Source of the DNA: Carcharhinus amblyrhynchos | Taxonomy: Eukaryota | Assembly: GCA_965287045.1 (NCBI GenBank) | Contig: OZ336880.1 | Location: forward strand, 74,152,001-74,216,000 | Direction of reading: 5' to 3' | Length of the DNA: 64,000 bases | Shown: piece by piece, positions 11,231-23,552 of the stretch | Layout: the number at the start of each line of letters is the position of its first letter | Position numbering within the stretch: position 1 is the first letter of the stretch | Program-made: the position numbers and the translations under genes | The notes under the pieces: model-generated | Databases searched by the model: none | What the model was told of the DNA's origin: nothing | What the model saw: only the letters and a program-made list of their open reading frames with translations

Positions 11231-12658
11231 GTCTCGGGCTACAACAAAAGGTCTGAGTCCTGGGAAGCTATCAACCCACTCCCTAAAAACTGGTCTCTGG
11301 GTGCAAGAGAAATAAAGAGAGGTCTTGAAGGAGTGAATAAAATTATCTAAGGCTGGACAAGCATTAAAAGGCTTTTTATTCCATAAAAAACATGCTTTTT
11401 AAGGTCTTTTGCTTGTCCACAGCATTCTCTCAGAATAACACGTGAACATTCCCGGTGCAGTGTGATTCAAATATTTTAGAGAAAAGGGGATAAATGATTA
11501 ATCACTCGCTACCGCACTCACAAATATCAGCACAGGCTAAACAAGCAATGAAGTCATGTCTCAGTGTAGGGGCAGCAGCAGAACATACATCACCCTCAAA
11601 GGGCAACAGTACTTTCCCAACCTGCAAGACCTGGACGACAGTAAATATTATTCTCTTCATAAATACCAATTTCAGTCCTGACAAGAATCTCTCCTCTGAG
11701 CAATAAGCTGAAACCCCAGCACCAGTGACTGGCTCAGAGACCTCACTAAGACTGTGGGAAAGATGTAACAATAGTGCTTCGGTGCACATTAGCATTTTAT
11801 TGCGCTGATAAGCTCAGCACCCCTACCCAGGCAAGTACAAATGATACTGAAATTATTCTCTTTTTTTCAACAAAGCAGATTGGCAGTGAATACACTCCTG
11901 GTATAAGTAACCTGAAGGCTATTTATTTAGTAACTTCTGCAAACCTCAAGGATTTTAATTAAAGCAGTTTTGCAAAAACTGGGAAGTTGTCTGCCTAGAA
12001 ACCTTGAAAAGCAAAACTAGTTTCCCTTAATTGACAGGAATATGCACACTTCAGCTAAAATAACTGCACATAAGTATTGGATCCTTTTTCCCATTTCCAA
12101 ATCAACTGAGATTTTAATCCTCCTTTTTATTTCGCTCTGGTAAAAGCAAAACCAAGCTAGCCTTCCGCAGTCGCTACTGTGACTTTGTTAAAAGTATTGT
12201 CTGTCTCTGATCTAAAGTGGGCCATTTCTTACATGTGGCTCCTCCAGATTTACCCAAGGGCCACCACAGAGGCTTTAGTCATCAGGCTGCAAGTTGGCAC
12301 CAGCACAGGGTATTACTTCAACCTACAAAGAAGTGGGTGCCTGAAGAATTCTTCAGAGTTATTTTGTAAACACTCAAAGAGAGAGAGGGAGAGGGGGAGA
12401 TGTCCAGTCGCTGGCTGAGAATAAACAATGGCCCCGTATTAGTCTCTGGACAATGAGAAATGCCTGCCAAGTGAATAGCTGCAATGGATGCCAATAAAAA
12501 TGCAGATTTCAAAAAGATCCATGGAAGGATTTCTTTAGTGGTCACCTTGTCTTCTGAACATTTTGATCAGGTGCAAAAGGAACTGGACTTACAGTAGATC
12601 GAACTGGCTTTCCTCTAAGCTCAACGGAAAAGCTTAGCAAAATGTTTTTGAAAACTAA

Positions 12659-12794
12659 GGCTGGAATTCTCCAACCTCGCCCGCGGCTAGGATTCTCCAC
12701 TCCCGCTGCAGTGAAAGGAGTTTTGGCTGGGTGCCAAATTCTCCATTCTCGCTGGCAACGGTGATAGGGCATACAACATTGGATAATTCCGGAC
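12659..12794. mobile_element. PIF/Harbinger-type MITE (136 bp)
   Basis: TIRs ggctggaattctcc (12659-12672) and ggataattccggac (12781-12794) match at 11/14 as reverse complements. Flanked by TAA on both sides (12656-58, 12795-97), the Harbinger TSD. Confidence 0.75.
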
Positions 12795-14089
12795 TAAATT
12801 CCCGCTGGCATAAAAGTATGCATTTGCTAATGTGCAAGACGATACGAATGCCCAACAAAAAACGGATTTCTGAACGGAACATTTGATTGAAGAGCAGGGT
12901 AGTGAGTTCAACAATACGAATACTTCTTTAAATTTTTACCTGTCACATTGTTTATGGTGACAAATATTAATGCTGATGTTCTGATGATGCTGATCACAGC
13001 ATTACAACAGAAGATGGCATTCCAAGAAAATTAAAATCAATGCGCAAACGGGACTACAGGCTCTAATGGGACAAAGTTACTAAATCCATATCAACCTTGC
13101 CTGAAAGGAAATAAATTTTAAAAACTCCAAGGTTAAAACAAAAGTGCTACGTGGATAGAATTGTGGGTTCTGGTAAAAGAATTTAAAAAAATTAAGTTTA
13201 CATCATGCTGAAATATAAATAAATAATGCCATAAGTCTGATTTTGGCCCAATGTGCACCAATGGCCCAACAAAAATATATTAACAGACCCATCATTTTAT
13301 TATCTAATTTTAAAACACAACAGTGATGCCCTCGTCCATGCAGAAATATGTTTGCCTAAACTGCTCCTTCCGCCCATCTCACTGACGTACGGTTTATATG
13401 AAATAAAACAAAGTAAATATATTTTTGAAGGTTACGTGTGCTTTTGTCCTGTATTTGTTTTTCTCTTTCCAAACCGTACAGTCTGATAAGATAAAGTGTT
13501 TCAATGGGAACAGACTTACTGTGCACTTTAAGGCTGTAGTGTTCCTGCAACATTTTTCTCAACTACAGAAATTTGAGCTCAGCCAGCCAGACACCTACAT
13601 GAACTAAACGACTTTAGCGAGATTGTCCAAATAAACAATTATCTGGCTGCTTTCTACAGAAGGCTAGCTTGATAATAAAAATCCAGTGCCACCTCAGAAT
13701 GACTTTATTCTATGCAGATTTTTAAAAAGTGCTTCGTAGCTACCTGTTTGAAGAGGAAATTTTTGGGGATAGATGATGGAAATTGAGAGCTATAAGGGTG
13801 ATCTGCTTTCATAATATTGTTGTTTAATAAACGGTCTCCCATTTGTTTGCAAATGTGCAAATCATGTTTAATGCGATGTTGCCTCACCAGCAATTGATAT
13901 CATCAATATTGCGGAAATGACACACAACTCTTCTCCCTTTACAAACAAAAAGAGATAGGGCAAAACAGTTTTTTCCTCTTTATTTCATAGAGTGCTCACA
14001 TAGCCTTGTATGGACATTGTTCACCCACTTGCTGCTTTGGTGAAAATGTCCAGAATATCAGGTCTCGAACCTTCCTTATCTCAGTACTA

Positions 14090-14222
14090 CATAGAATTAC
14101 ATGAAATGTACAGTATAGAAACAGGCTGTACAGCCTGACTCAGTGTATATGCTCCATGTGAGCCTCCTCCCACCCACCTTCATCCAACTAGATCTGCATA
14201 TCCTTCTATTACTGTCTCCCAA
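14090..14222 (-). mobile_element. CR1 3' tail fragment
   Basis: catagaattac...tacagtatagaaacaggc...tatatgctccatgtgagcctcctcccac. Same family as 56900-57150. Confidence 0.7.
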
Positions 14223-16986
14223 CTATTGGTAAATTTGGGAGAAAGCATAATGAACTCAAAAGGTCAACTGAAGAAACTCTTTTCCCACTTCTCCATCAAC
14301 ATGTAGGACAAAAACAGCTGAATAGCTACTTCACATTTGCATATTACTCCCCTCACCTTCTCACCCCTTCCTATGTGCAAGGCACAATTATCAATAAAAC
14401 ATCCCATATGAACAGCTTCCCTCCTGTTTTCTCTGACTTGTTTGATCAGATATAAACCTGACAGCCAACACTGAGGTATGATGACAGTGAAGTAGTCTAC
14501 TTTTGAGCCTGAAATTATGTTAAAATGCACAATAAATGCAAATTTTTGAGAATTGGACAGCAAATTACATTCCAGCATTTCAAAGGACTTGTTTGTGGGC
14601 AGAATACACTTAAGCTTGCATTCCTTTCTGCAAACTTATTCAAAGAGGGCTAAAATTCAGCCTAAACCACGTTGATTTGTTGTTCCCCTATCATTTTCTG
14701 AATGAGTTTCCTTTAGCCAGGAAATTGGACTGTTAGTCCTGGTTGGCACCAGTGTAGTCCGCCATCAGATAATGGAAAAACTGATCAAGCAAGATAAGTC
14801 ACTCCTTTTTACCCCCCCCCACCTCATTTCATAAGATGAAGCGCATCAAAATGACCTGTTGTTCCATCTAACAGCTCAGCACAGAGCTCCCAAAACTCAC
14901 CAACGAAGGTAAGATAGCGTGAACCCCCACAACACAGGGCAGGTCTAGTTGACACCATTGCCATCTTGATTAAATGCTTATGCATCTCTGCTATTGAGCT
15001 GCTGCAGCACCTATATAACAATAATGTACCTTGCCAAAATACTTTGCACAACTTAATAATCCTGTGCAACACTAGCTGCAATTCTGATGAAAAGGCAACC
15101 TTCAAAATGGCCCAGAGCTTTCGAATAATGATGGTGTCCAGATGACACCCCTGCCATGCCACAAGGTGAGTACAGTCAGCAACCAATACAATGACGCTCA
15201 CACTCAGCAAAGACGTCATTGTGCCAAACTGTTTCCTGACTTGTGATCAAGCAAATTAGATGGCATGGGGGCATCAAGTGTGAAGATAACACATTAATTG
15301 CAGGCTTGTAAATAGAGCTGGCAGCTGATTCAATTGTCTTCAACTGAATGGAGCTTAAATAAATTTAACAGGGGTCAAATGCTGAGGGAAAAAAAAGTAA
15401 AAACTGAATGTTGCAAAGGGCTGATCTTCTTCAAAGTGTTAAACCTCTTGGCTTTACAGATCCATCATCTTTGTATGTCAGCCCATGAAGCAAATCTTCC
15501 ACCCGAAAACCCAGCAACTTTAAATTGCGATTAAAGCATTTCCTAAATATATTCTCTCTAAATACTGAAAGAATAGATTGAAGTTTTTACATCAAAGGCT
15601 ATCATACTATTTTTTTCGAAGTATTCCTATTCTCCAGTGTGGCTCTCAGTTGCCTTCACTTGCACTCAGCACCATGCTTTATGCTCCCAAAGGGACAGTA
15701 CCTGAACCATTGGATCATCTACATTTCAAGACCTCAAGTCAATCCTGGGTTTAACGTTGATTAATGTGCATGCAAATTGCACTAGGCAGCATAGGAACGA
15801 AAGATCTTTTTTTATTGTGTCGGTGGTAAAATCGCTTAAAGCTGACCAGCAAAACTCTCCAAAAAGCCCTTTCAATAAATTATCAATCAAACCAGAATAC
15901 TAATAATGATTTATAGTCCAGTCAGCTCTTCAGAGCTCTTTTGTTTCCACTAAGGCATAAACATTACATCCAAGAGCAACAGTAATGAAAGTCACTCAGC
16001 CAGACTCGCCTTCAGCCTTTTCCTCAGTGAATCTCAACTTTCACTGAAACTTCCTTTACAAAATTGCTTATACAGGCGGCAACTAAAATCAAATCATACC
16101 TTTAGCTGAAGAAATGACAGCTGGGTCCGTAAGGAAATGGCTTACTGCAAATAAGCCCTCATGATCCCATGCAGCTAGAGGCCCCAAACAAACACCTTCC
16201 ATCAGCAGCAAAACAATTTTTTTTAATTCCAAAGTTCACTTCTGGTTGGGGCAGCCTATATGCTCAAATGCCTTGTAATCCTCTCAGCTAAGAATCATAT
16301 TTAGTTCTGGTGCTGGGAATTAACAAGAGCCTTCTCTGTCTGGCACTGTTAACAGGCAATGTGTTGCTTTCTAGCCCATCAGTTTCAGGGGATGGACATG
16401 GACATCCACCTGATTGGATGGAGGCAATTTGTCGTGCTTTTAAAAAAGAGAGAGAGATTTGGGAGTATGTTAATCACCTGAATGGCTCAAAGGGGAGGTG
16501 TGCGCATTTGCAAATTGGAAATGAGGTCATTGTCTGCTAGGTTTCCAAGGGGCGTTGGGTGCTGTTAAAGTGACAAAGATGCAGCTGACTGTATCGGGCT
16601 CACCTAACAACCCAGCAAACTGAGCAAGAAGTGACAGAAGTGAAAGGCACAGAAAGCAGACGCTCGATACATTACGGGGTCTGCTTTGTGGCAGGGAAAA
16701 CAAGCACAAAAGCAGGAAATTCAGTGATGTGTAAATGGAACAATGAGAAGGGAAAAAATTCAATAATTTCTGTCAGGAGGCATTGACTGAAGCTGGACTT
16801 TAATTGAATTAAAGTCCCATTATTTGTTCAATCCTGAGCAACAGGCTAGCAAAGCAAGGTTTGCTCCACTGTTCTGAGGTACCAACCTTCCTCACCCCGT
16901 AATACTCAGCCATCTGTGCACACATCCACACATGTTCTATCTCACGGCAATTGCACTGGGCCCCTATCAAGGAAGGACGCCAAAAA

Positions 16987-17000
16987 ACACACACACATAC

Positions 17001-17039
<39 letters not shown>

Positions 17040-17051
17040 GACACACACACA
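16987..17051. repeat. Imperfect (CA)n microsatellite
   Basis: Direct reading. Confidence 0.9.
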
Positions 17052-17147
17052 AAAGCTCTCCAGGCCTCCCTCAGGTCCAAAGAGCAGGGGAAAAAAAACT
17101 GGTTGCTTGTCACACAGGTGAGCCAGCAACCACATCCTATCAGCCTT

Positions 17148-17287
17148 NNNNNNNNNNNNNNNNNNNNNNNNNNNNNNNNNNNNNNNNNNNNNNNNNNNNN
17201 NNNNNNNNNNNNNNNNNNNNNNNNNNNNNNNNNNNNNNNNNNNNNNNNNNNNNNNNNNNNNNNNNNNNNNNNNNNNNNNNNNNNNNN
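17148..17287. other. Assembly gap (140 N)
   Basis: Run of N. Confidence 1.
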
Positions 17288-18741
17288 GCAGTCTGCCTTC
17301 CCCTACGTGATTTCGGCTGTCAGTTATTGGGCATAATTACTGTAACTAACCAAATACACACAAAACGTTGAGAATATAAAATTGTTACAGTTTCGCCTGT
17401 GTGCAAGCTGGTACTTTGCTGTCACAAAGGGGCCAATTTCTTTTTAGAAAATAAAGGTCTCTTTTTAGCTTCCTAGGGCTTTTAAAAAGGCAGTGACTAA
17501 ATTAAGTATCTTATCTGCTCCTATGCATAATTTAATCAGTATTTTTGTTGAACTCCTCCTCTTGATACTCTGGTGCAAACAGTGCGAAAGCTGGCAGATT
17601 TTGAACAGGTATAGGAAAAGAAGAGAATCTGAAAGAGGTGAGCACGTGGCGGGACCTATTCACAACTCCAACGCAACATTTTGCGATTAACAAATTAGTT
17701 GGGTAGTTTGTTCAAATTGCTGCTGAAGATTCTCACTATGGATTTACTTGCAAAGCAAATGAAGTCACATGAAAGTGTTTACTGTGCCACACAAATGTAT
17801 TTATTCCATAAATGCCAGCAACACCTCACTGGTCAGCTAGTTATAACTAACTCGTTATAATTAACCAGGCCAATATCACCACCTCCTGTTGCAGAAAACT
17901 CCCCTCCCCCAGAAGAACCAATGCTGTGATACTATGATTGAACGGATGGTGTGTTCCCATGTCTCATGTAAATGTGATTTCAATATTGGCCTCCTACATC
18001 CATTTACAAAACAACAGGACAAAGTTTTCCATCTTACTCTTTGATGGTGACAGTAGTCTTTTAACATATGCCGTTAATTCAGACTTTTTAAACTGGAACA
18101 TATCTATCCAGTGTTGAGATGTTTCCATTGTTTAGAAGTGAACATGTTGGTAAAAGCTGTTTTTAGCATACCTTTATTAATTTCATCCGTTTAAAATAAG
18201 TTGCATTTTTGGGAGACTCAAAGAAATTTGGTAGCAATCAGGTGCTTTTCAGAGTAGAATTGGGCTTCCTGTTGAATTAAACCCTAAGGAGGATGGAAAT
18301 CCCAGCCCCGAGTGCTGCTGGTCATTTAGAGACGACTTAAGAGCCTCAATAAACTTCCCGGCTCGTAGGCCGGTCTCCACCCTTCCTGCCCTGAGCTTGA
18401 TCAGAAGGAGTCAGGAAGGCAGTGTTTCACCACCTCGCACCATCCTGCCCAATAAAATGTGCCCCCCCCCCCCCACCCAGCCTCTAAACACCTCCCTGGC
18501 GGGGGTGGGGGGTACGTAAAAATTCTGGCCTGTCTTTTCATCCTCTAACAGAACACACAGAGGACCGTGCTACCAGGTCAAGATGGCTTTTTAAAATAGC
18601 CATGTTGTGGAAGTTCCATTTCCACAACTAGTTTTTGGTGCGATCATTTTCTCTCTCTTCTGCTGTCTCAGTGGGTGAAGATGCCACGTGATATGGTACT
18701 AGACCATACAAGGGGTGGGATGTGATGGGCTGGTGTGCGCT

Positions 18742-18818
18742 GAGTAATAAGTCTCACAACACCAGGTTAAAGTCCAACAGGTTTATTTGGTAGCACAAGC
18801 TTTCAGAGTGTCACTTCT
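18742..18818 (-). mobile_element. Truncated relative of the hammerhead-bearing insert (3' half of the ribozyme plus tail)
   Basis: Minus strand agaagtgacactctGAAAGCTTGTGctaccaaataaacctgttggactttaacctggtgttgtgagactt. The CTGANGA half is missing. Confidence 0.75.
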
Positions 18819-18919
18819 AAGCGCTGGGTTGACCAGTTCAGTCAAGGTGGACATGAGAGGGCCACAATAAATGGCAATGTTCCTCATATTATGCCAGTAT
18901 CTACAACCAATCGCAGCCG

Positions 18920-18995
18920 ACTGGAACATAGGGACCAAAAACAGAAAATGCTGGAAAACCTCAGCAGGTCTGATGGCATCTGTGGAGATAGAATG
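18920..18995 (-). mobile_element. Penelope-like tail fragment
   Basis: aaaacagaaaatgctggaaaacctcagcaggtctgatggcatctgtggagataga matches the tail at about 3340. Confidence 0.75.
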
Positions 18996-19067
18996 TGACA
19001 ACATCCTTTGATCCAAAATGATTACTTGAGTAAGGCATGAGAGGGTAGTTGAGGAACTTCAACATCA

Positions 19068-19468
19068 ACAAAACCTTATGCAAATATAGTGCCTTACAAA
19101 GTAATAAAATGTGAGGAGGAACTTCAATAAAGTATTATAAAACAAACTGCGACACTGAGCCACTTAATGAGATATCAGATGGCTTACAAACTTGGTAAAT
19201 GAGGTAGGTTTTAAGGACTGCCTAAAAAGAGAAATGCAAGGTAGAAAGGCAGACAAGTATATAGAACATATTTAAGAGCTTACAGCCAAGTTAACTGAAG
19301 GCACGTCCACCACTTGGGGAGTGGCCAATAATGAGAATGATCGAGAGGCCATAAATTGAAGAGGGCAGATACCTCAGAGGATTCTGGGGCTGGAGGAGAT
19401 TAAGATATGGGGAGGAGCGATGACATGGAATGGCATTTGAAGGTAGGGATGAGAATTTTAAAATTGAA
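19068..19468 (-). mobile_element. L2-type LINE 3' end, degenerate
   Basis: gacactgagccac...gagatatcag...aaacttggtaaatgaggtaggttttaagga...ctgaaggcacg...ggggctggaggagatt...gatgagaattttaaaattga, a recognisable L2 3' region. Confidence 0.65.
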
Positions 19469-19519
19469 AATGTAAAAATGGTGACAGATGTAGGAGAAAG
19501 TTAATGTCACTTAAGGAAT

Positions 19520-19885
19520 ACTAACCCCCACCCGCAGCACTCCCCCGACCCACGCTAGGGTCTGCCAGACAGATCCAACCAAAATCCCTGACTTACTTTA
19601 AGTCCAGGATACATGCCACTTCTTTGGGATTGGCATGTAGTCCAGCAGTGATCACTATTCGATTCTGGCATTGCTGGGACTACAGAGTTGCCAGCTAATC
19701 TCACTGGCCAGCAGCTCTCTAGGGCAGGATTACCTCCCAGGTGAGTGGAGAAGATCCACTCCAACTCAATTAAGGCTGCACCAGGCAAATATCGCCACAG
19801 GGCCGGTAGGATTCTGAGTAGCACCATGCTGACCACTATTTTAGCCAGGGGGAATAAGGTAATCCATCCCCCAGTAATATCCATC
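19520..19885 (-). mobile_element. Family Y non-autonomous repeat
   Basis: agagttgccagctaatctcactggccagcagctctctagggcaggattacc is the reverse complement of the 5075-5125 core. Confidence 0.5.
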
Positions 19886-20184
19886 TGATTGTTTTAATAA
19901 GTTGAACATATGAAAGTGATTCTATTTGTGTCACTATGAATTCACAGCACCATTCTGTATACTTGGAAGTTTACCCTTGAATATGTAGCTGTGCAGAGTA
20001 CTGGAGATGTGTCTGCTCTGGGGAGGAATATCTTGCATGACAGACTCGCAAATAAGAAAATTTGACTAAAACTATTTTAAGACGGAACGCTCCGCTATTG
20101 TGAACATTTTTTCACTTAAGCAGGGGGTGAAGTCTGCTGACGTGAGCAACTCTTTTTTGTAATGTGGAACTTTACTTGTAAGTG

Positions 20185-20600
20185 TTTGATTGGCACCCCA
20201 TCCACCACATCAAAAATTGACTTCCTCCACCACCAACACAGTGACAAAAGTGTATACCACCTACAAGATGTACTGCAGTAACTCACCAAGGCTCCTCATA
20301 TTATGCACCCTCCAAATCAATGACCTCTACCAGTTAGAGACATGCAGGCAGCAGACACGCGGGAACACCAAAACCTGGATGTTCCCCTCCAAACCACACT
20401 CCATCCTGACTTGGAATTATATTGCCATTAATTCACTGTCATTGGATCAAGATCCTGGAACTCCTTTCCCAATAGCACTGTGAGAGCACCAGATGGGCTG
20501 CGGCAGTTCAAGAAAGCAGCTCACCACCACCTTCTCAAGGGGAAATTAGGGATGGGCAACAAACACTGGCCTTGCCAATTATGCTCACGTCCAGTTTTAA
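20185..20600 (+). mobile_element. CR1-group LINE 3' end (RSg-1-like), partner of the 6145-type SINE
   Basis: ORF 20190-20483 remnant ...VYTTYKMYCSNSPRLL...FPSKPHSILTWNYIA, then (frameshifted) SWNSFPNSTV...LRQFKKAAHHHLL. Tail ttagggatgggcaacaaacactggcc. Confidence 0.8.
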
Positions 20601-23444
20601 AAGTTGCAGTCACACACTCTGCTAGCGTCGGGCTGCCCTTTCCTAATGCGGGGTAGCGATCTCTCCTGGTCTGGGGGCTGCTCTCTGTGCTAACTTAGGA
20701 TTTCTCTCATCTGCTGCGACGTCCCTCTGCCAATATGGAACTCTTTTCCTGCTGATTTGGGACCACACCCTCTGCAAATTTGAGGCTGCTCTCGAGGGAC
20801 CATGCTCCTTGGTGCTGCACGCCATACTGTCTGCGATTTGGGACTTCTCTCTCTCGGCCTACGTGGAATTAACTTTGGCAAACTGAAGAACCCAGGCCCA
20901 CCATCAAAAAGAAGCATCAACTGTGTTCGATGGGATATGATGAAATATATAGGGTGAGTTTTAGCCTCAGTTTCTACTGCCTATGATGCTGTCCACCAAT
21001 CCCTCTGGTGAGTATTGTGCCAGTTTACAATAACAAAGTAGGCAGTAGCTTGGGCCAAAAAGAAGGATTTAGAGACACCGCCTGTCAATTCACTGACCCC
21101 AAGCTGAAAGAGACAAATTTCCAACCCGTGCTCTCTTCAAGCACAACTCGTTGCTGAGGAGTGTGGGATCAGTGAGCTTATCCTATGCAATCTATCCCAC
21201 AATAGACACTCTGCCACCTATTTAATCTCCTGAGGGGAAAGGTTCTATATGAATACTCAATAACTAAAGGCAATCAAGTGAATCACCAGAATGCCTGTGC
21301 AAGTGAGGCAAAATGGCATCCATGCTAATATTGAACAATACAATGCGCAATTTCTGGGATCCGTTAATCTGCTCAACCTGCAACCAAATCAAATATTAAA
21401 GATCTAAACTCCATTATCTGTTGTAAGAATTGTTACAATACCTCTCCTTCTGATCCTTGATTTTATTTCCATTTCATTTCACTAATCCATGTGCTACGTC
21501 ACATGCCCAGTTAGTTGGTTGAATTTAATTCAAGCAAAGTACTTAATACCAATGAGTAGATTCACTGGAATGAGACCTTGTGCTGTTCGGAGAAGTCACT
21601 GCATAGTTTGGCTTTATATGCTGCTCGTCTGTTCTCTGCTTTTTTTTGCGTTTAAGCTAAAAGTATTTTCCCCCACTCGCGCATTTGGATAATACAAAAG
21701 GAAAGCTTATTTTCAAGTCTGTATCCGAGTTAATAGCTTTCACCTAAATTCCATTTGCTTTCTCACACCTGCCGAAGGCCTTTCTCCCGACTGGTCGCAA
21801 TGAACTTTTCTTTCCCCCACCTTTACCAGATGGTTACACACCATTCCCATAACGTTTGACTAAAATACTAGAGGGAACATTTACTCTCTGAATCTTGTGC
21901 GGACACCTGTGGTAATCTGGCTGTTAAGAGATTTAACTGCTCAAAAATTGAAATGATTTTTTTTTCTGTGGGCTGCCTGTGAAGCCTGGCCTCTTACACC
22001 ACTTGGATTCAAATCCCTTTCTTCTTCATTTCAGCAGTCCTGAGAGGGCCTACATGGCCCAATGCCACCAACAGCCTGCTAAATCCTATCTCTCAGGTAC
22101 TGGAATCTGCTGATGCAGACAGTAAGTTGGCACTCATCAGCTAAACACAGGGTGTGGCAAAAGTCAGACAGATAGTCACACTGCACTGCTATCAGCTTCC
22201 TTTTCTCTTGTAAAGGAGGCCTGACTTTTTTTCACAAGTGCAAAGCAGTCAACACGATTACTAGGTGTACCCCTTCCCCCTACATCTTCGAAGGTATGAA
22301 CGTTTGACACATCACTAGTGCTTCCAACTTACCATCTTATTTCTGGCATGGGCGATTAAGTAAATATAGTGATCCTATCATTGTGTGTCTATCTTTCAAA
22401 TGGATGATTGGACGATCCGCTGGAGATAAAGATTGAGGAAAGGAAGTCCAGCTCATTCTTAAACCAGCCTTCTTATAACAGTACACTGATGAGAGGGAGA
22501 GAGAGAAAATGAGAGCCAAGAAGTGTGCTTAATATAGCAAGTAACTTGCTTGTGACAAGGCAGTAAAAATTCCATTAGAATAACACGAACAGACCTTTTT
22601 CGCTTGGTATCCCATATACCAAGCACAGCACAAATAAGATATCTTAAATTTTTCAATTATTCATTTATAGCACCCCATAAATGCACTATCCTGCATAACT
22701 TTAGCCCCATGCTTCAAATTCAATCCACTTGCTAAATATATATTTAGTAAAGACTAATTTATATGCTAACACATCAAGCATATGTTGAACACTGTTTCAA
22801 CACAACACAGTTCCACACAGCTTGAGTTATAAGTAAAGAATGTTTCAAAGAGTAATTTAATAGCAGTTGCTTCCTTTTCCATGCAAACTAAATGAGAACT
22901 GGAGGACTGGAAGTTTTGCTTTTGCTCGTCTTTAGTTTGCTAAATAAAATTTTGTAACACAATACCTAATTAAAATTGTGAACGCTCCTAGCATTTTGTT
23001 CCCACAGATTGCCTTTACCTTCCTGGTAATGTCAGAATATCAGACACAGAGCTGGAAAGCAATCTGAATTATTCAAGGTTGTTTTGCATTCCTGTTGGGA
23101 ACTATTTAATGAAGCTTCTTGATTTGACCATTTTGTGTTAATGTATCTACATTACTGATACTGAAAGGCTATGGCCACCATAACAATAACGTTGTCCAAC
23201 ATTTACTTTAAACTACTACGTAACGCACTTCCGGAGATAATCACTCCCTTCAGAAGTAATAACAAGGTCAATTTCGATTTCAAATTGCTACTTCTCAATT
23301 GTTGACAGCCAGCGAGGCAGGTAGGATGGGCTGCTTATCTCCATGACAGCGCTCCTACATGGTCCGACAGGATTGCTGCATGATATAAACGTGAAGGGCC
23401 AAAACGGTGGATTTTTAATAAAATAGTAAAATCCCAACATTTGG

Positions 23445-23552
23445 GGAAGCAAAAATAGAAAAGGCTGGAAAATCTCAGCAAGTATGACAGCGTCCGTGCA
23501 GAGAGAACAGAGCCAACGTTTCGAGTCAGGGACACCTTTCGTCAGAGTTGGA
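23445..23552 (-). mobile_element. Penelope-like tail with a partly decayed hammerhead core
   Basis: Minus strand CTGACGA-aaggtgtccctgactc-GAAACGTT, then ggctctgttctctctgcacggacgctg...ctgagattttccagc. Confidence 0.75.

Larger units (their letters stand above)
14840..17870. promoter_or_regulatory. Cluster of candidate conserved non-coding elements (cores about 15240-15540, 16300-16930, 17290-17870)
   Basis: TE-free, with many TAAT/ATTA, ACAAT/ACAAAG (SOX), TGACAG/CTGTCA (TALE) and CACCTG/CAGGTG sites. Inference from the ZEB2 context. Confidence 0.5.

Noticed and set aside
14824-15219. 131-aa ORF sense to ZEB2
   Set aside because: No similarity to ZEB2 or any family I recognise.
16809-17371. 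ORFs of 108-151 aa
   Set aside because: Built from a CA repeat and the N gap.
20799-20819. REST/NRSF site (tccttggtgctgca)
   Set aside because: Only one half-site matches.
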